From NCBI GenBank assembly GCA_963743525.1, contig CAVUQH010000004.1, positions 352,001-416,000 on the forward strand: a stretch of 64,000 bases of DNA, written 5' to 3'. Below, one piece after another: positions 22,407 to 32,624 of the stretch. Both the position numbers and the translations under genes were made by a program. Position 1 is the stretch's first letter; every line of letters begins with the position of its first letter. This stretch comes from an uncultured delta proteobacterium (GTDB lineage: Bacteria; Myxococcota_A; Polyangia; Haliangiales; Haliangiaceae). A model generated the notes under the pieces. The model was not told the DNA's origin. It saw nothing but the letters and a program-made list of their open reading frames with translations, and searched no databases.

Positions 22407-24387
22407 ATGCAGTGCGTGCGCGTCCCGGTCCTTTCCGCACTCCTGGCGCTCCTGGCCGGCTGCCCGTCCATGGGCAGTCCGCCCCCCGGCGGCGGTGGTG
22501 ACGGCGGCGGCAACGGCCCGGACGGCGGCACCACTGTTGACCTGTGCCAGGACGTCACCTGCGACCCCGGGACCTTTTGCGATCCGGGCACCGGCGAGTG
22601 CGGCACCACCTGCACCCCCGACCGCACCGTCGGCGACTTCGACTTCTGCTTCTCGCGCTCGGACGACGGCTACCTGGTGGTGGTCGACTACACCGGCACG
22701 GGCGACATCGATCTGGCGGCCAGTGACGTCAGCGTCAACGGCGTGTCGTTCGACCCGTCGCCCGACTACGACGCCGCCGCCCACGAGTTCACCGTCACCG
22801 CCTCCGGCCTCGATCCGTCGAAATACAGCCTGCTGTTCCGGCTGAAGACCGCGGGTGGCGACACCGTTCGCCCGCTGTTCATTCCCATGTGGATCGGCAG
22901 CGGCATGCGCTACGCGGACTTCGGCTGGAAAGATTCCATCCTCTACCAGATCTTCACCGACCGCTTCCTCGACGGCGACCCCGGCAACAACATCGACAAC
23001 AGCGTCGGCGACCTGGCGCGCGTGACCGATCCGCGCAGCCAGTGGCAGGGCGGCGACTTCGCCGGCATCATCGCCAAGATCCGCGACGGCTACTTCGACA
23101 AGATGGGCATCAACACGCTGTGGATCACCTCGCCCATCCTGCAGTCGCACAACTCGCAGCCGGCCGTCGAGCTGGCCGACACCGCGCGCTACTCCAGCTA
23201 TCACGGCTACCACCCGGTCGCCACCGGCTACACCTTCGACGACGACTACGGCTACGCCAACCCGATCGAGCCCGCCTTCGGCACGCCGGAAGAGCTGCAC
23301 ACCCTGGTCGAGGAAGCCCACCGCCGGGGCATTCGCGTGGTCCCCGACTTCGTCGCCAACCACGTCCACAAGGAGGCCAGGATGTACGCCCTCCACCCGG
23401 ACTGGTTCTGGCCGTACAACGCCTGCGACATGCGCTGGGACGTGGCCCGCATCGGCTGCTGGTTCACCACCGACATGCCGGACTTCGACTACGGCAGCCA
23501 CCCCGAGGCGATCACGGCGGTGGTCGACCACGCCATCTGGCTGATCGAGGCGTACAACTTCGACGGCTTCCGCGCCGACGCCCTCAAGCACATGGACGAC
23601 AAGTTCGTGCGCGCGCTCAAGTCGGCGGTGGTCGAACAGATCGAGACCACGGTCGACGACCACTCCACCACCGACCAGGCCGAGGTCTTCTACATGGTCG
23701 GCGAGTCGCTGGGCGGCTGGGCCCGCTATCACGTGCGCGCGGACATGGTCCAGGGCCAGGTTGACGAGGAGTACTACAACCGGGTCAAGGCGTCGCTGCT
23801 CGACTTCTCCGACAGCGTGCGCAACCTGGCCGGCTTCGCCGTCTACAACGACACCGCCTACCTGACGTCACAGGCGATCAACGGCGGCAGCGGCGGCTAC
23901 CCCGGCGCGGTCATGGGCAACTTCTTTGGCAACCACGATCAGTGGCGCGCGCTGACCGTCGCCGGCGGCGACTACGCGCGGCTGCGCCTGGCGCAGACCT
24001 TCCTCATGACCTCGCCCGGCAACATCCCGATGCTCTACCAGGGCGACGACATCGGCACCCTGGGCGAGAAAGATCCCGACAACCGCAAGATGATGCACTT
24101 CACCGGCCTGACCGCCGAGGAGCAGAAGTCCCTCGACAACGTGCGCAAGGCCGGTCTCCTGCGCGAGGCCCACCCGGCCCTGCGCCGCGGCACCCGCAGC
24201 ACCGTGGTGGTCGAAGACTGGTTCTGGGTCTACCAGGTGACCTACGGCGACGACACCGTCTACGTGGCCATCAACCGCGACGACAACAAGCAGTGGTCGC
24301 CGCCCGCCGGCTACGTCGACGGCCTGGGCAACTGCTCGGGCGGCGTGGTGCCGATTCTTGTCGAGCTGCATCTTCGTCAAGCAGTAA
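22407..24387 (+). CDS. GH13 alpha-amylase-family lipoprotein
   Basis: Lipobox LAGC, YQIFTDRF.DGD, GGDFAG, YHGY, DFVANH, DGFRADALKH, MVGE, GNHD. A probable extra T near 24358 shifts the last codons; corrected stop is TAA 24385-24387. Confidence 0.92.
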
Positions 24388-24415
24388 CCCGCAGCGCCCG
24401 ACCACACGACCACCG

Positions 24416-24458
24416 GTCGCCCTGAGCGAAGTGCGCGCAGCGCACGCAGTCGAAGGGC
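24416..24458 (+). repeat. REP-like palindromic element
   Basis: gtcgccctgagcgaag-tgcgcgcagcgcacgc-agtcgaaggg between convergent genes. Related to 56796-56828. Confidence 0.5.
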
Positions 24459-24469
24459 GTCACGAACCG

Positions 24470-27463
24470 CTACAGCGGCTTGCCCGCGGTGATGCTGACC
24501 TCGTCGCCGCGCGCGAGGCCGAAGCTCACCTTGGTGCCCGCCTTGACCTGCGCCAGCGAGTAGTAGAGAAACACGTTGGCGCCGCTGACGTCGTGGCCGT
24601 TGACCGAGACGATGACGTCGCCGGCCTGCATGCCGCTGCCGTCGGCCGGTCCGCCCGGACGGACCATCGCCACCTTCAAGACCCGCTCCCCCGGCTCGAC
24701 GTCCGGCGGCGCCTCTTCCAGGGTGAAGCCCAGGTCCCCGCCCCGCTCGCGCGGCCCGGTGCGCCGGCGCGGAATGCGCATCTCGCCGATGTCGTGGCTG
24801 CCGCCGCCGGGCACCGTCACCAGCTTGCGACCAAAGCTGTACGGCGACGAGCTCCAGTCCATCGGCATCGCCGAGACGAACAGCTTGCCCGCCGGCGCAT
24901 CCTCGACCTCGAAGCGCCCTGACTCGTCGGTGATCTTCTTCTTGTCGTCGTCGCCAAGGCGAAAGCTGAATCCGCTGCCGCCACCCTTGGCCGGTGACGC
25001 CACCACCAGCATTCCCGGCACCGGCTTGCCGGTATCGAGATCCACCAGCGTGCCGGTAATCGTCGTGCGCGACTCCAGCTGGAACGCGACCCCCGACTTG
25101 TCCTCGCCGTCGCCCAGCGGCACCGACTGCTGCGCCGTGCCCTCGGCGGCATCGACGCTGACCAGCATCGTGCCCGCCGGCAACTCGCGCATCGCCCAGC
25201 GCCCGCCGGTGCGAAAGAAATGCTCCTCGCGCCGATAACCGCTCTTGCGGTTGACCACGGCAATCGTGAACTCGTCCGGCGCGCCACCGCCCACCAGGGA
25301 CACCGTGCCGGAGATCGTCCCGGTGTTCTCGATGGTCAGCGTCACCTCCGAGTCGGTGGCCACGCCCTCGGCAAACGCCTCACCGCCGCCGCGCCGATAC
25401 GCCCGCACCGTGTAGCTGCCCTTGGTCAGATGCTCCAGCTGGAAGCTGCCGTCGGTGTCGGTGAGCACCGGCTGTCGGTCCCAGCTCCAACGCACGCCCT
25501 GCCGCGCGTTGGAGCGCCGGGCCCCGGCCGCGTCCGATTCCCGCTGCGCCATCACGAACGCATCCGTCACCACCTTGCCGCTGGCATCGACCACCTTGCC
25601 GCTGATGCCGTGCGACTCGCTCTCGACCACCAGCCGCACCTGCACCACCTGCCCCGCCCGCACCTTGACCCGCTTGCCCTGGACGTCGTCGTCCGTCTTG
25701 CCCGGCGCGCGCAGCTGATCCGACCAGCCGCGCTGCGCGACCACCCGCAGCTCCCCCGCCGGCGCGCCGGTGATCTCGAAGCTGCCGTCGTCCGCCGAGA
25801 TCGCGTAGCTGCGCCAGTTGCCCCAGCGCTCGCCGACCGCGCGCACCCGCACACCGCTCACCGCCGCGCCCGCCTCGTTAACGACATGGCCCGCGATCGT
25901 TCCGCCGGCATCGACGACCAGATGCGCGTGCGCCGTCTCGCCCTCCTTGACCTCGATCTTGGTCGTCTCCTTGGGCCGCGGGTGATCGGCCGACTGCACC
26001 TCCAGCTCGTAGCTGCCCACCACCAGCCCCTTCATCTCGAACGTCCCCTGGCTGTCCGTGTCGTCCCAGCCCCAGCTGCGCTGCCCGCGCGGATCGCCGC
26101 CGACCACCCGCGCGCTGACCTGCGCATCCTCCACCGGCGCGCCCGACGCATCGACCACGTCGCCGTCGATCGCGCTGCCCGCGCTGACCGTCCAGGTCAA
26201 CCCGGTGACGTCCTTGTCCGCCACCACGACCGGATCGTACTCATCCTGCTCCAGGAGGTTCTGACAGCGAAGCTGTGGCTTGTACGTCCCCGGCAGCACC
26301 CCGTCGATCGACACCGTGCCGTCCGGATCCGCCTGACCGGCGAGGTCGCGATTGTGCTCCTTGTCGTGCATCCCCACCCAGCAGCGGTCCTGCACCTTCC
26401 CCTGCTCGTTGACCACCTTGCCGCTGATGGTGAACGCCGGATGCACCTCGATGATCAGATCGTCCCGCGTCTGCCCCAGCCCCAGCAGCACACTCTCGGC
26501 CGCCTCGCCGAACAGCTGCGGCCCATTCGCCGTCGGCTTGTACCGCCCCGGCTCGAGCCCGCTGATGCGAAAGCGCCCCTGGTCATCGGTGCGCGCGCTG
26601 TCCCGGCCGAGAAACAGCCCGTCCGAAACGCTGCCCGACCAGACCATCGCCCCGACCACCGGCCGCTTCGTGCCGACCTCGACCACCTTGCCCGCCAACA
26701 CCGCCTCCGGGGTCAGGAACAGCTCGATGTACTGCCCCGGCGCCGTCCCCGACTTGTTGCCCGACGAGTAGCCATCGGCGATGGCGTAGACCTCGATCTT
26801 GCCCTTCTTCACCCACAGCGTGAACTCGCCCTTGGTGTCGCTGCGCGTCATCGCGCTCGCCGAGCCCCAGCCCATCTCCGCCGTCGCCGAAACCACCGCG
26901 CCGGCAACCCCACCGCCGCCGATATCCTTGACGATGCCGTGCACCTCCACGCCACCGTGGTGGAGCACGATCCGAACCCCCGCCCGCTTCTCCCCCGACC
27001 CCAGCGGCAGCGTGTGCCGATCGCCCTCGCCCGTAAACTGCCCCGGAACGAACCCCGGCGCCGACGCATTGAGCGCGTAGCGAGCCTCCAGCAACCTGGC
27101 CAGCACGAACGAGCCGTCCGGCCCGCTGGTCGCGCAGCTCGGCTCCCGCATCTCCTCCGTGGACAGATGGCTGGACGCCCCGCCCGCGCAAACCATGGCG
27201 CCCGCCACCGGCGCGCCTTTGTCATCGACGACGACGCCGGCGATCTGCCCGCGCGGCCGCGTGTGCGGATCCACCGCCCCCGCCCGCCGAACCGCCCCGA
27301 CCTGCGTCTGCGCGCCCGATCCCTGTGCCTCCGCCTGCTTCGACGACGGCGCCGAATGCCGCCCCGACCGCCACCAGAAAAGCCCCAGCACCACCAGAAT
27401 GCCGACCACGACCAGCCCTGCTCGCTTCCGATTCAACGCGCGTCCTCCAACCCGCGGGCACAT
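24470..27463 (-). CDS. Membrane-anchored protein with tandem carboxypeptidase-regulatory-like domains and C-terminal PDZ domain
   Basis: About 9 repeats of I.G.VVD..G.PV.GA.V...TD..G.F, and a C-terminal VRPGGPADGSGMQAGDVIVSVNG. Start uncertain. Confidence 0.88.
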   Translation of the reverse strand: MCPRVGGRALNRKRAGLVVVGILVVLGLFWWRSGRHSAPSSKQAEAQGSGAQTQVGAVRRAGAVDPHTRPRGQIAGVVVDDKGAPVAGAMVCAGGASSHLSTEEMREPSCATSGPDGSFVLARLLEARYALNASAPGFVPGQFTGEGDRHTLPLGSGEKRAGVRIVLHHGGVEVHGIVKDIGGGGVAGAVVSATAEMGWGSASAMTRSDTKGEFTLWVKKGKIEVYAIADGYSSGNKSGTAPGQYIELFLTPEAVLAGKVVEVGTKRPVVGAMVWSGSVSDGLFLGRDSARTDDQGRFRISGLEPGRYKPTANGPQLFGEAAESVLLGLGQTRDDLIIEVHPAFTISGKVVNEQGKVQDRCWVGMHDKEHNRDLAGQADPDGTVSIDGVLPGTYKPQLRCQNLLEQDEYDPVVVADKDVTGLTWTVSAGSAIDGDVVDASGAPVEDAQVSARVVGGDPRGQRSWGWDDTDSQGTFEMKGLVVGSYELEVQSADHPRPKETTKIEVKEGETAHAHLVVDAGGTIAGHVVNEAGAAVSGVRVRAVGERWGNWRSYAISADDGSFEITGAPAGELRVVAQRGWSDQLRAPGKTDDDVQGKRVKVRAGQVVQVRLVVESESHGISGKVVDASGKVVTDAFVMAQRESDAAGARRSNARQGVRWSWDRQPVLTDTDGSFQLEHLTKGSYTVRAYRRGGGEAFAEGVATDSEVTLTIENTGTISGTVSLVGGGAPDEFTIAVVNRKSGYRREEHFFRTGGRWAMRELPAGTMLVSVDAAEGTAQQSVPLGDGEDKSGVAFQLESRTTITGTLVDLDTGKPVPGMLVVASPAKGGGSGFSFRLGDDDKKKITDESGRFEVEDAPAGKLFVSAMPMDWSSSPYSFGRKLVTVPGGGSHDIGEMRIPRRRTGPRERGGDLGFTLEEAPPDVEPGERVLKVAMVRPGGPADGSGMQAGDVIVSVNGHDVSGANVFLYYSLAQVKAGTKVSFGLARGDEVSITAGKPL

Positions 27464-27654
27464 CCCAGCCCGCGGAACACCGATACGATACGTGCAGCCC
27501 CGCCCAGGTTGCTCACGAAATGACGCCCGTCATTTCCCGCGGTCCTCACAGCTGCTGGCCAGCCCGGCCCGCAACCGACGCCGATGCGTCGCATCCGCGC
27601 AGACCGACGCGGATTCGCTTCGCGCCACCCGGTCACGCTGGACCACGAGCCCGT

Positions 27655-27715
27655 GTTGCGCCACGCAACGCGCACGTCCAGAAATCAGCCGCTTCCCGCG
27701 GGCACGATCAATGCA
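27655..27715 (+). promoter_or_regulatory. GTTGC-N5-GCAAC palindrome plus sigma54 promoter
   Basis: gttgc-gccac-gcaac (27655-27669), then GGCACGATCAATGCA (27701-27715) with -12 C 15 nt before ATG 27729. Confidence 0.55.
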
Positions 27716-27728
27716 GCCACGCGTGCGC

Positions 27729-28931
27729 ATGCAACGCCCCCGACTCGTCCTCCTGCCTGCGTTCGCCATCCTGACCCTCGGCGCGGGATTCGCCCGGGCC
27801 GACATCAATGCTGACCTCGACGCGCTGACCGCCGCGGGCTCGGACGGCGGCGCCGCCATCACCGACGCCGAAGCCGCGACCTTTGCCGCCGGCGCCAGCG
27901 CCTACGGCGCCGACGATGCCATCCTCGGCCTCGTCCACGCCCACGGCCTGCGCATGGACGGATCGTTCCCCGCCGACAGCGCCTACGCGACCATCAACCA
28001 GGCCCTCCGCTTCCGCGTCGACGGCCTGGCCGTGAGCAAGCGCCAGGCCCCCGGCATCCGCTTCGCCCGCGCCAGCACCACCGCGCCGATCGAAGTGACC
28101 TTCGATTCCCAGGGCGTCGACTACACCCAGGTTGACCTCGTCTTCACCTGGGACGCCTGGACCACCGCTCGCGGCGTGACCCTCTCGCCGAACTGCCACG
28201 GCGACTACACCGCCATCCTGCAGGGCGCCCCCGCCAACGGCACCTTCGCCTACTCCCTGCACCTGTTCGGCCCCGACGGCAGCGACCTGTGGACCAACAA
28301 CCCGCGCGAGCTCGGCATCTACGGCGGCCAGTCCTACCGCAACTACGACCTCCAGCTCGCCGCCATGACCGCCACCCCCGCCGAGCCCACCAAGCCCGCC
28401 TTCGCCCAGCTCCTGCGCACCTTCGCCGACCCCCGCTCCCTCGGCGGCGCCACCGTCACCAGCAGCGAATTCAGCGAGCTCGTCCAGGAGATCACCTGGG
28501 AAGGCGGCACCGGCGTCGAGCACCGCGCCGCCCTCCGCCCCGCCCTCGACGAGCTCTACGACCTCGAGTCCGAAGGCGTGACGTTCGAAGTCCCCGCCGC
28601 CAACCTCCGCGACTTCCTCACCGCCCAGATGACCGCCACCGCCACCTACCCCAGCGCCTTCTACCAGCGCGCCGCCGACGGCCGCCTGACCATGACCATC
28701 GCCGAGCCATCCGCCGCCTCCGCCCGCGTCTACTACTCCACCGACGGCTGGAACATCCCCCACGTCACCAGCTGCAGCCGCCCCGAGCCCGGCGCCGCCC
28801 TCTCATGCGACCTCGGCTACCTCCTCCCCGGCGCCCTCTGGTCCTACACCATCGCCACCACCGACGCCGACGGCAACGAGCACTGGATCCGCTCGACCCT
28901 GGGCAACTTCTTCGAGGAGCTGCGCTACTGA
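27729..28931 (+). CDS. Secreted protein with two helical + CBM21-like repeat units
   Basis: Signal peptide. Repeats (S.GGA.I/VT..E) and LVFTWDAWTT / VYYSTDGWN beta-sandwich motifs. Confidence 0.6.
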   Translation: MQRPRLVLLPAFAILTLGAGFARADINADLDALTAAGSDGGAAITDAEAATFAAGASAYGADDAILGLVHAHGLRMDGSFPADSAYATINQALRFRVDGLAVSKRQAPGIRFARASTTAPIEVTFDSQGVDYTQVDLVFTWDAWTTARGVTLSPNCHGDYTAILQGAPANGTFAYSLHLFGPDGSDLWTNNPRELGIYGGQSYRNYDLQLAAMTATPAEPTKPAFAQLLRTFADPRSLGGATVTSSEFSELVQEITWEGGTGVEHRAALRPALDELYDLESEGVTFEVPAANLRDFLTAQMTATATYPSAFYQRAADGRLTMTIAEPSAASARVYYSTDGWNIPHVTSCSRPEPGAALSCDLGYLLPGALWSYTIATTDADGNEHWIRSTLGNFFEELRY

Positions 28932-28990
28932 GCAGGAACGTGGGGTTCAAGAGGCGCAGACACGTCCTGGCGCATAGTTGCTCGCCCGAT

Positions 28991-29308
28991 TCACTCACGC
29001 CCCGCCACCTGTTCGATGACGCGGCAGACAACCCTGAAGGCGCCATCGGAGGAACGCAACTCCACCATCTGCTGCCCCTTCAACTGAACCGAACGCACCT
29101 CGAGCCTGTACGGACCACCCTGGACATCTCCCTCCAGGCGAACACAGCCACGACAGTGCAAACCGCTATGCCGCGGAAACGTATCGTGATGAACGGCAAG
29201 CCGCAGTCGTGAGTGCGTGAGCCCAAACTCGAGAATCGACACATGCCAATCGGCCCGATCGCCGAAGAAGCTGTTGAGCGCGGCAACGTTGGTTGACTCT
29301 CGAGTCAT
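28991..29308 (-). CDS. Hypothetical protein, probable orphan immunity protein
   Basis: 105 aa, ATGA-coupled to the upstream gene, at the end of the toxin island. Confidence 0.55.
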   Translation of the reverse strand: MTRESTNVAALNSFFGDRADWHVSILEFGLTHSRLRLAVHHDTFPRHSGLHCRGCVRLEGDVQGGPYRLEVRSVQLKGQQMVELRSSDGAFRVVCRVIEQVAGRE

Positions 29309-29667
29309 CGAGCCTCTCGAGAGACGTCCGCGAATGGGCTATCAAAAATGCTTTGCTGGGACTCTCTCACTTTGATTTGGGTAGCAACGACCAAGTAGCG
29401 TTGCGTTCCCGCCACTATCGCCCAAACGTCCTCTTCGTCAAACGGTCGAGGTACCAGCGCTGCCAACTCAGCGACCTCGTCCGTCGAACCGCGCTCGATC
29501 TGAATCGATCCGAGATGACGAGGCAGCGACAGATACTGAACGTTGAACAGGAGCACATCGACGTTGAAAGTCCGCGCCCCGCCTTTCGGGCTGCGGAGCA
29601 GCGCCGACCCGTGGCTGACGTGGTACTCCCACAGCTGAAACTCACGCGCCGAGTCGATTTCGTACAT
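29305..29667 (-). CDS. Hypothetical protein, probable orphan immunity protein
   Basis: GGAGG RBS, FQLWEYHVSHGSALLRSPK. Toxin-island context. Confidence 0.6.
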   Translation of the reverse strand: MYEIDSAREFQLWEYHVSHGSALLRSPKGGARTFNVDVLLFNVQYLSLPRHLGSIQIERGSTDEVAELAALVPRPFDEEDVWAIVAGTQRYLVVATQIKVRESQQSIFDSPFADVSREAR

Positions 29668-29730
29668 TGCGTTGCTGCCTCCAAACATCGGCTGATCTCT
29701 AGCCGCTGTGCGGCCATCTCCGACCGTCGC

Positions 29731-30138
29731 CTATTCGATCTCTATCTCCATGCGTCCCACCAACAGGCTCTCGGAGACCACGCGCCCGAGCTCCGCCAGA
29801 ATCTGTCGCGCGCTCGGCACCGGGCAGTCGGCCGATGGCACCAGGTGCTCGAACGACGGCGCCCGAGAGGGCTCGACTTGACGTAGCTGTTCCAGAACCT
29901 CGGGGGCGACCGGAATCGTCTCAACAAGATGAGACGGGTCGCCAAAGCCCTCCCTCACAGCTCTGACGAAATGCCGCGCCCGGTCAGCGTCGCCAACCCG
30001 AGAGAGAGCCTCTAGGATCCATCGCCAATAGACATCGGAGAGAACGAGCTCCGACTCCGGGGATCGAAAGCATGCCGTGCCCTGAACCGGCCAGCTGACC
30101 GTGTACTCAGTGCGCTGGATACGGAGCTGCTTGGTCAT
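29731..30138 (-). CDS. Hypothetical protein, possible orphan immunity protein
   Basis: 135-aa ORF co-oriented within the array. Confidence 0.5.
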   Translation of the reverse strand: MTKQLRIQRTEYTVSWPVQGTACFRSPESELVLSDVYWRWILEALSRVGDADRARHFVRAVREGFGDPSHLVETIPVAPEVLEQLRQVEPSRAPSFEHLVPSADCPVPSARQILAELGRVVSESLLVGRMEIEIE

Positions 30139-30187
30139 CGTTACTCTGGGTCATGCCGGCTCAACATGTCGAAAATCCGATCCGATG

Positions 30188-30919
30188 TCACCGGGGTGGA
30201 CGTTCGCCGACGAACCAGACCACATCACCAATGTTCGGGGTCCCGACCTTCTTCCAGCCGGACTCGATACGAGCAAGCACGTCCGCCACGCTACCCGACC
30301 AGATCTCGAGCTCACCCCGGTCACCTAGCATGACAGCTCGCAGCTGACCAGACTCGAGCAATGGCGTAAGGGCCTCCAATGTCGCGGACCGCACCTGCTG
30401 TTCCGCTGCGCCGTCGCCCAGCAGCTCTCGAAGATCGTCGGCCAACCACCACAGGCCCAGATCGCTTTCGGCCGCCTCGACGATCCATTGCTTTCGAAGC
30501 GTGTCGTAGGCCGGCGACGACGAGCCGAGCCTGTGACCATGCGCGATGAGGAAGCGGTCGATGCGCAGGATTTCGTCGCGAGCGACCTCTGGAGCCGACC
30601 ACTCGCGGTCGCGCCCATGTCGCAGGAAGTCGTCGCTAAGACCAATCCCGTAGTGCTCGACGTATTCCGCGGCGTCGCGCCTCCAGTAGTACGTGCCATC
30701 CGTGAGTACGGCACTTCCACCTGCGACGTCGAATGCGCCGCTGAGAATGTCGGAGGTGTATTCCATCAGGGCTAGTACGATGGCACCTGAACGAAGGTAA
30801 TCAGCGATGGCAGAACGCTCAGAAGTGGGAATCTCGTCGCGCCGTGCCTCGAGCTGAGACCGCAGCTGTCGAAACTCCCGTTCCCCGGCGATGATGCCGA
30901 ACAGCCCGAGCGGTTGCAC
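30188..30919 (-). CDS. Two-domain poly-immunity-like protein; C-terminal domain paralogous to 39614-39955
   Basis: N-domain LTDGTYYWRRDAAEYVEHY. C-domain WIVEAAESDLGLWWLADDLRE...PNIGDVVWF matches the Rhs-adjacent gene. Confidence 0.7.
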   Translation of the reverse strand: MQPLGLFGIIAGEREFRQLRSQLEARRDEIPTSERSAIADYLRSGAIVLALMEYTSDILSGAFDVAGGSAVLTDGTYYWRRDAAEYVEHYGIGLSDDFLRHGRDREWSAPEVARDEILRIDRFLIAHGHRLGSSSPAYDTLRKQWIVEAAESDLGLWWLADDLRELLGDGAAEQQVRSATLEALTPLLESGQLRAVMLGDRGELEIWSGSVADVLARIESGWKKVGTPNIGDVVWFVGERPPR

Positions 30920-30993
30920 CTCTACTGTCGCTTGCACCGCGCGAACCGCATGTCGTTGTCGTCCATGGGACGTGCCGAGCCCAAGACCACCAC

Positions 30994-31278
30994 CTACTCC
31001 TGTGGGATGACTACCGTCGAGGCCCCGTGCAGTCGCAGCCGGAGGCTGACCGTCGCATCTTCGTTGACACGAATCCACACCCCAATCTCCGGCTCATGGC
31101 CCAGCCCGAGCATCCATTCGCGCTCCGTCATTTGTTCGAGGTGCAGCCAGTGATCCACGACGAGCTCGTCGAATGTGCCCTGGTTCTTTACCTCGACTGT
31201 TCGATCACCATCGTGGGCCAAGACCCGCCAGGTGCGGCCGGGATTCTTCGCCATCTCGAGCATTGTTTTCTTCGCCAT
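30994..31278 (-). CDS. Hypothetical protein, probable orphan immunity protein
   Basis: GGAGG RBS, FDELVVDHWLHLEQM. Confidence 0.6.
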   Translation of the reverse strand: MAKKTMLEMAKNPGRTWRVLAHDGDRTVEVKNQGTFDELVVDHWLHLEQMTEREWMLGLGHEPEIGVWIRVNEDATVSLRLRLHGASTVVIPQE

Positions 31279-31634
31279 CTCGCGCCTCCGTTGCTGAGCT
31301 CATTTGTCCCATCACTCTCGATGCAGCACAGCGGGTTACGGAAGGATTTCCACCAAAGCCCAAACTGCGTTGGCAACGGCGAATTCGCCGTGTTCGCCGC
31401 GGTTCCAGACCTGCCACGTAGCTCCACTAGCGTGCCAGCCTGTTCCGAAGCTGCGGGCATCTTCCAATAACGTTCCACCGACGACGGAGCGGACACGAAC
31501 GAGCATTGCTGGCGTCAACCACATTCTAGGCGGGCCTACTTGATCCGAACCGAGTCTCTTCCCGTTTCGCTCAGTACCCTCGTGCGAGCAGTTGCCGTAT
31601 CCGTCGCGGCCACTATGCGCCTCCAACCAAGAAC

Positions 31635-32624
31635 CTACTCTGCAGCAAACGCGGCGATGTTGACGATCGTCCCGGGCGCCAAGGCTTCGACGAAGACGCG
31701 CCTCGCTGCAACTGGCGCAGGCAGCTCCAAGGCGGTCACAACCGAATCCAGACTCCCCACTACCTCCGGTTGCGCGCCTTCGTCCGCGAGCAAGATACGA
31801 CCGGCCTGAGCTGGCTCAGCAGTGCGGACGACGATGCGCGAGACCGGAATGCTACTGCCCAGGTCGACAGCGATACCACGCATGTCTGCGCTGCCGGCCG
31901 GAACGTCGGACAAGTCGAACGACGTTTCGTCGTCACGGTCGGTAACCATGCAAGGATCGACGATCGCCAGAGGACGCTCGCCGGTCACGGGGGCCAAACG
32001 GTAGGCCGAGCAAGGCGCCCCGGCAGCAGCAGAGGGCGCGAAGAGCCCGATTCGTTTTCCGGCGCTGACCTCGAGGCCCCACGCCGTGTCCGTGTAGACA
32101 TCGGATCGCCACGAAATGGCTGCCACCGGGTCCCGGTCCTCGAAGACCCAACCCGGTTCGGACGCCTGCCCGGCGGTTACATCGAGGTCGATATCACCGA
32201 TTTCGGCATAGGGAATCGTGCCCTCCAGGTCTACAGGCGGCGGCGTCCAGCGTGCGGCCACCCCGGCATCGTCAACGTCAACGTTGAACTGCGGGTTCCA
32301 GCCGACCACGTCGCCGACATCCACATCCCCACTCGCGCCGCCAGCATCAACCACCAAAGTCACGGCACAGGGTCTGTCTGGATCGTCGAACTCCAGAACG
32401 GGGGTCTGGTCGTCCTTCCCGGGCGGAGGAAACGTGACCACGAATCCACCGTCATCCCCAACTACGGCGTGCGCGCTCGGGTAGTTGGAGACGTAGGCCT
32501 CGAAGCCCGCAAATCCAGGACCATCGCCCGCCGGCAACAAGCGGCCCTCGATGCTGATCTCATCGCTACAGGCCACCAGGTGCAGCGCCAGAACCGCGCC
32601 GACCGCCAGGAAGACGCCCTTCAT
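31635..32624 (-). CDS. Lipoprotein B, copy 1 (Ig/transthyretin-like N-terminus, discoidin-like C-terminus)
   Basis: Lipobox LVAC, GDGPGFAG, DPCMVTDRDDET, RGIAVDLG. Paralog of 34182-35170 and 37411-38424. Confidence 0.8.
   Translation of the reverse strand: MKGVFLAVGAVLALHLVACSDEISIEGRLLPAGDGPGFAGFEAYVSNYPSAHAVVGDDGGFVVTFPPPGKDDQTPVLEFDDPDRPCAVTLVVDAGGASGDVDVGDVVGWNPQFNVDVDDAGVAARWTPPPVDLEGTIPYAEIGDIDLDVTAGQASEPGWVFEDRDPVAAISWRSDVYTDTAWGLEVSAGKRIGLFAPSAAAGAPCSAYRLAPVTGERPLAIVDPCMVTDRDDETSFDLSDVPAGSADMRGIAVDLGSSIPVSRIVVRTAEPAQAGRILLADEGAQPEVVGSLDSVVTALELPAPVAARRVFVEALAPGTIVNIAAFAAE

Noticed and set aside
31244..31282. 15-bp direct repeat ttcttcgccatctcg duplicating the start (MAKK...MAKN)
   Set aside because: A single short local duplication with no evidence of function or of being a target-site duplication.
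31336..31626. Possible additional toxin or immunity fragment
   Set aside because: Several short overlapping ORFs with no recognisable motif, so none can be supported.
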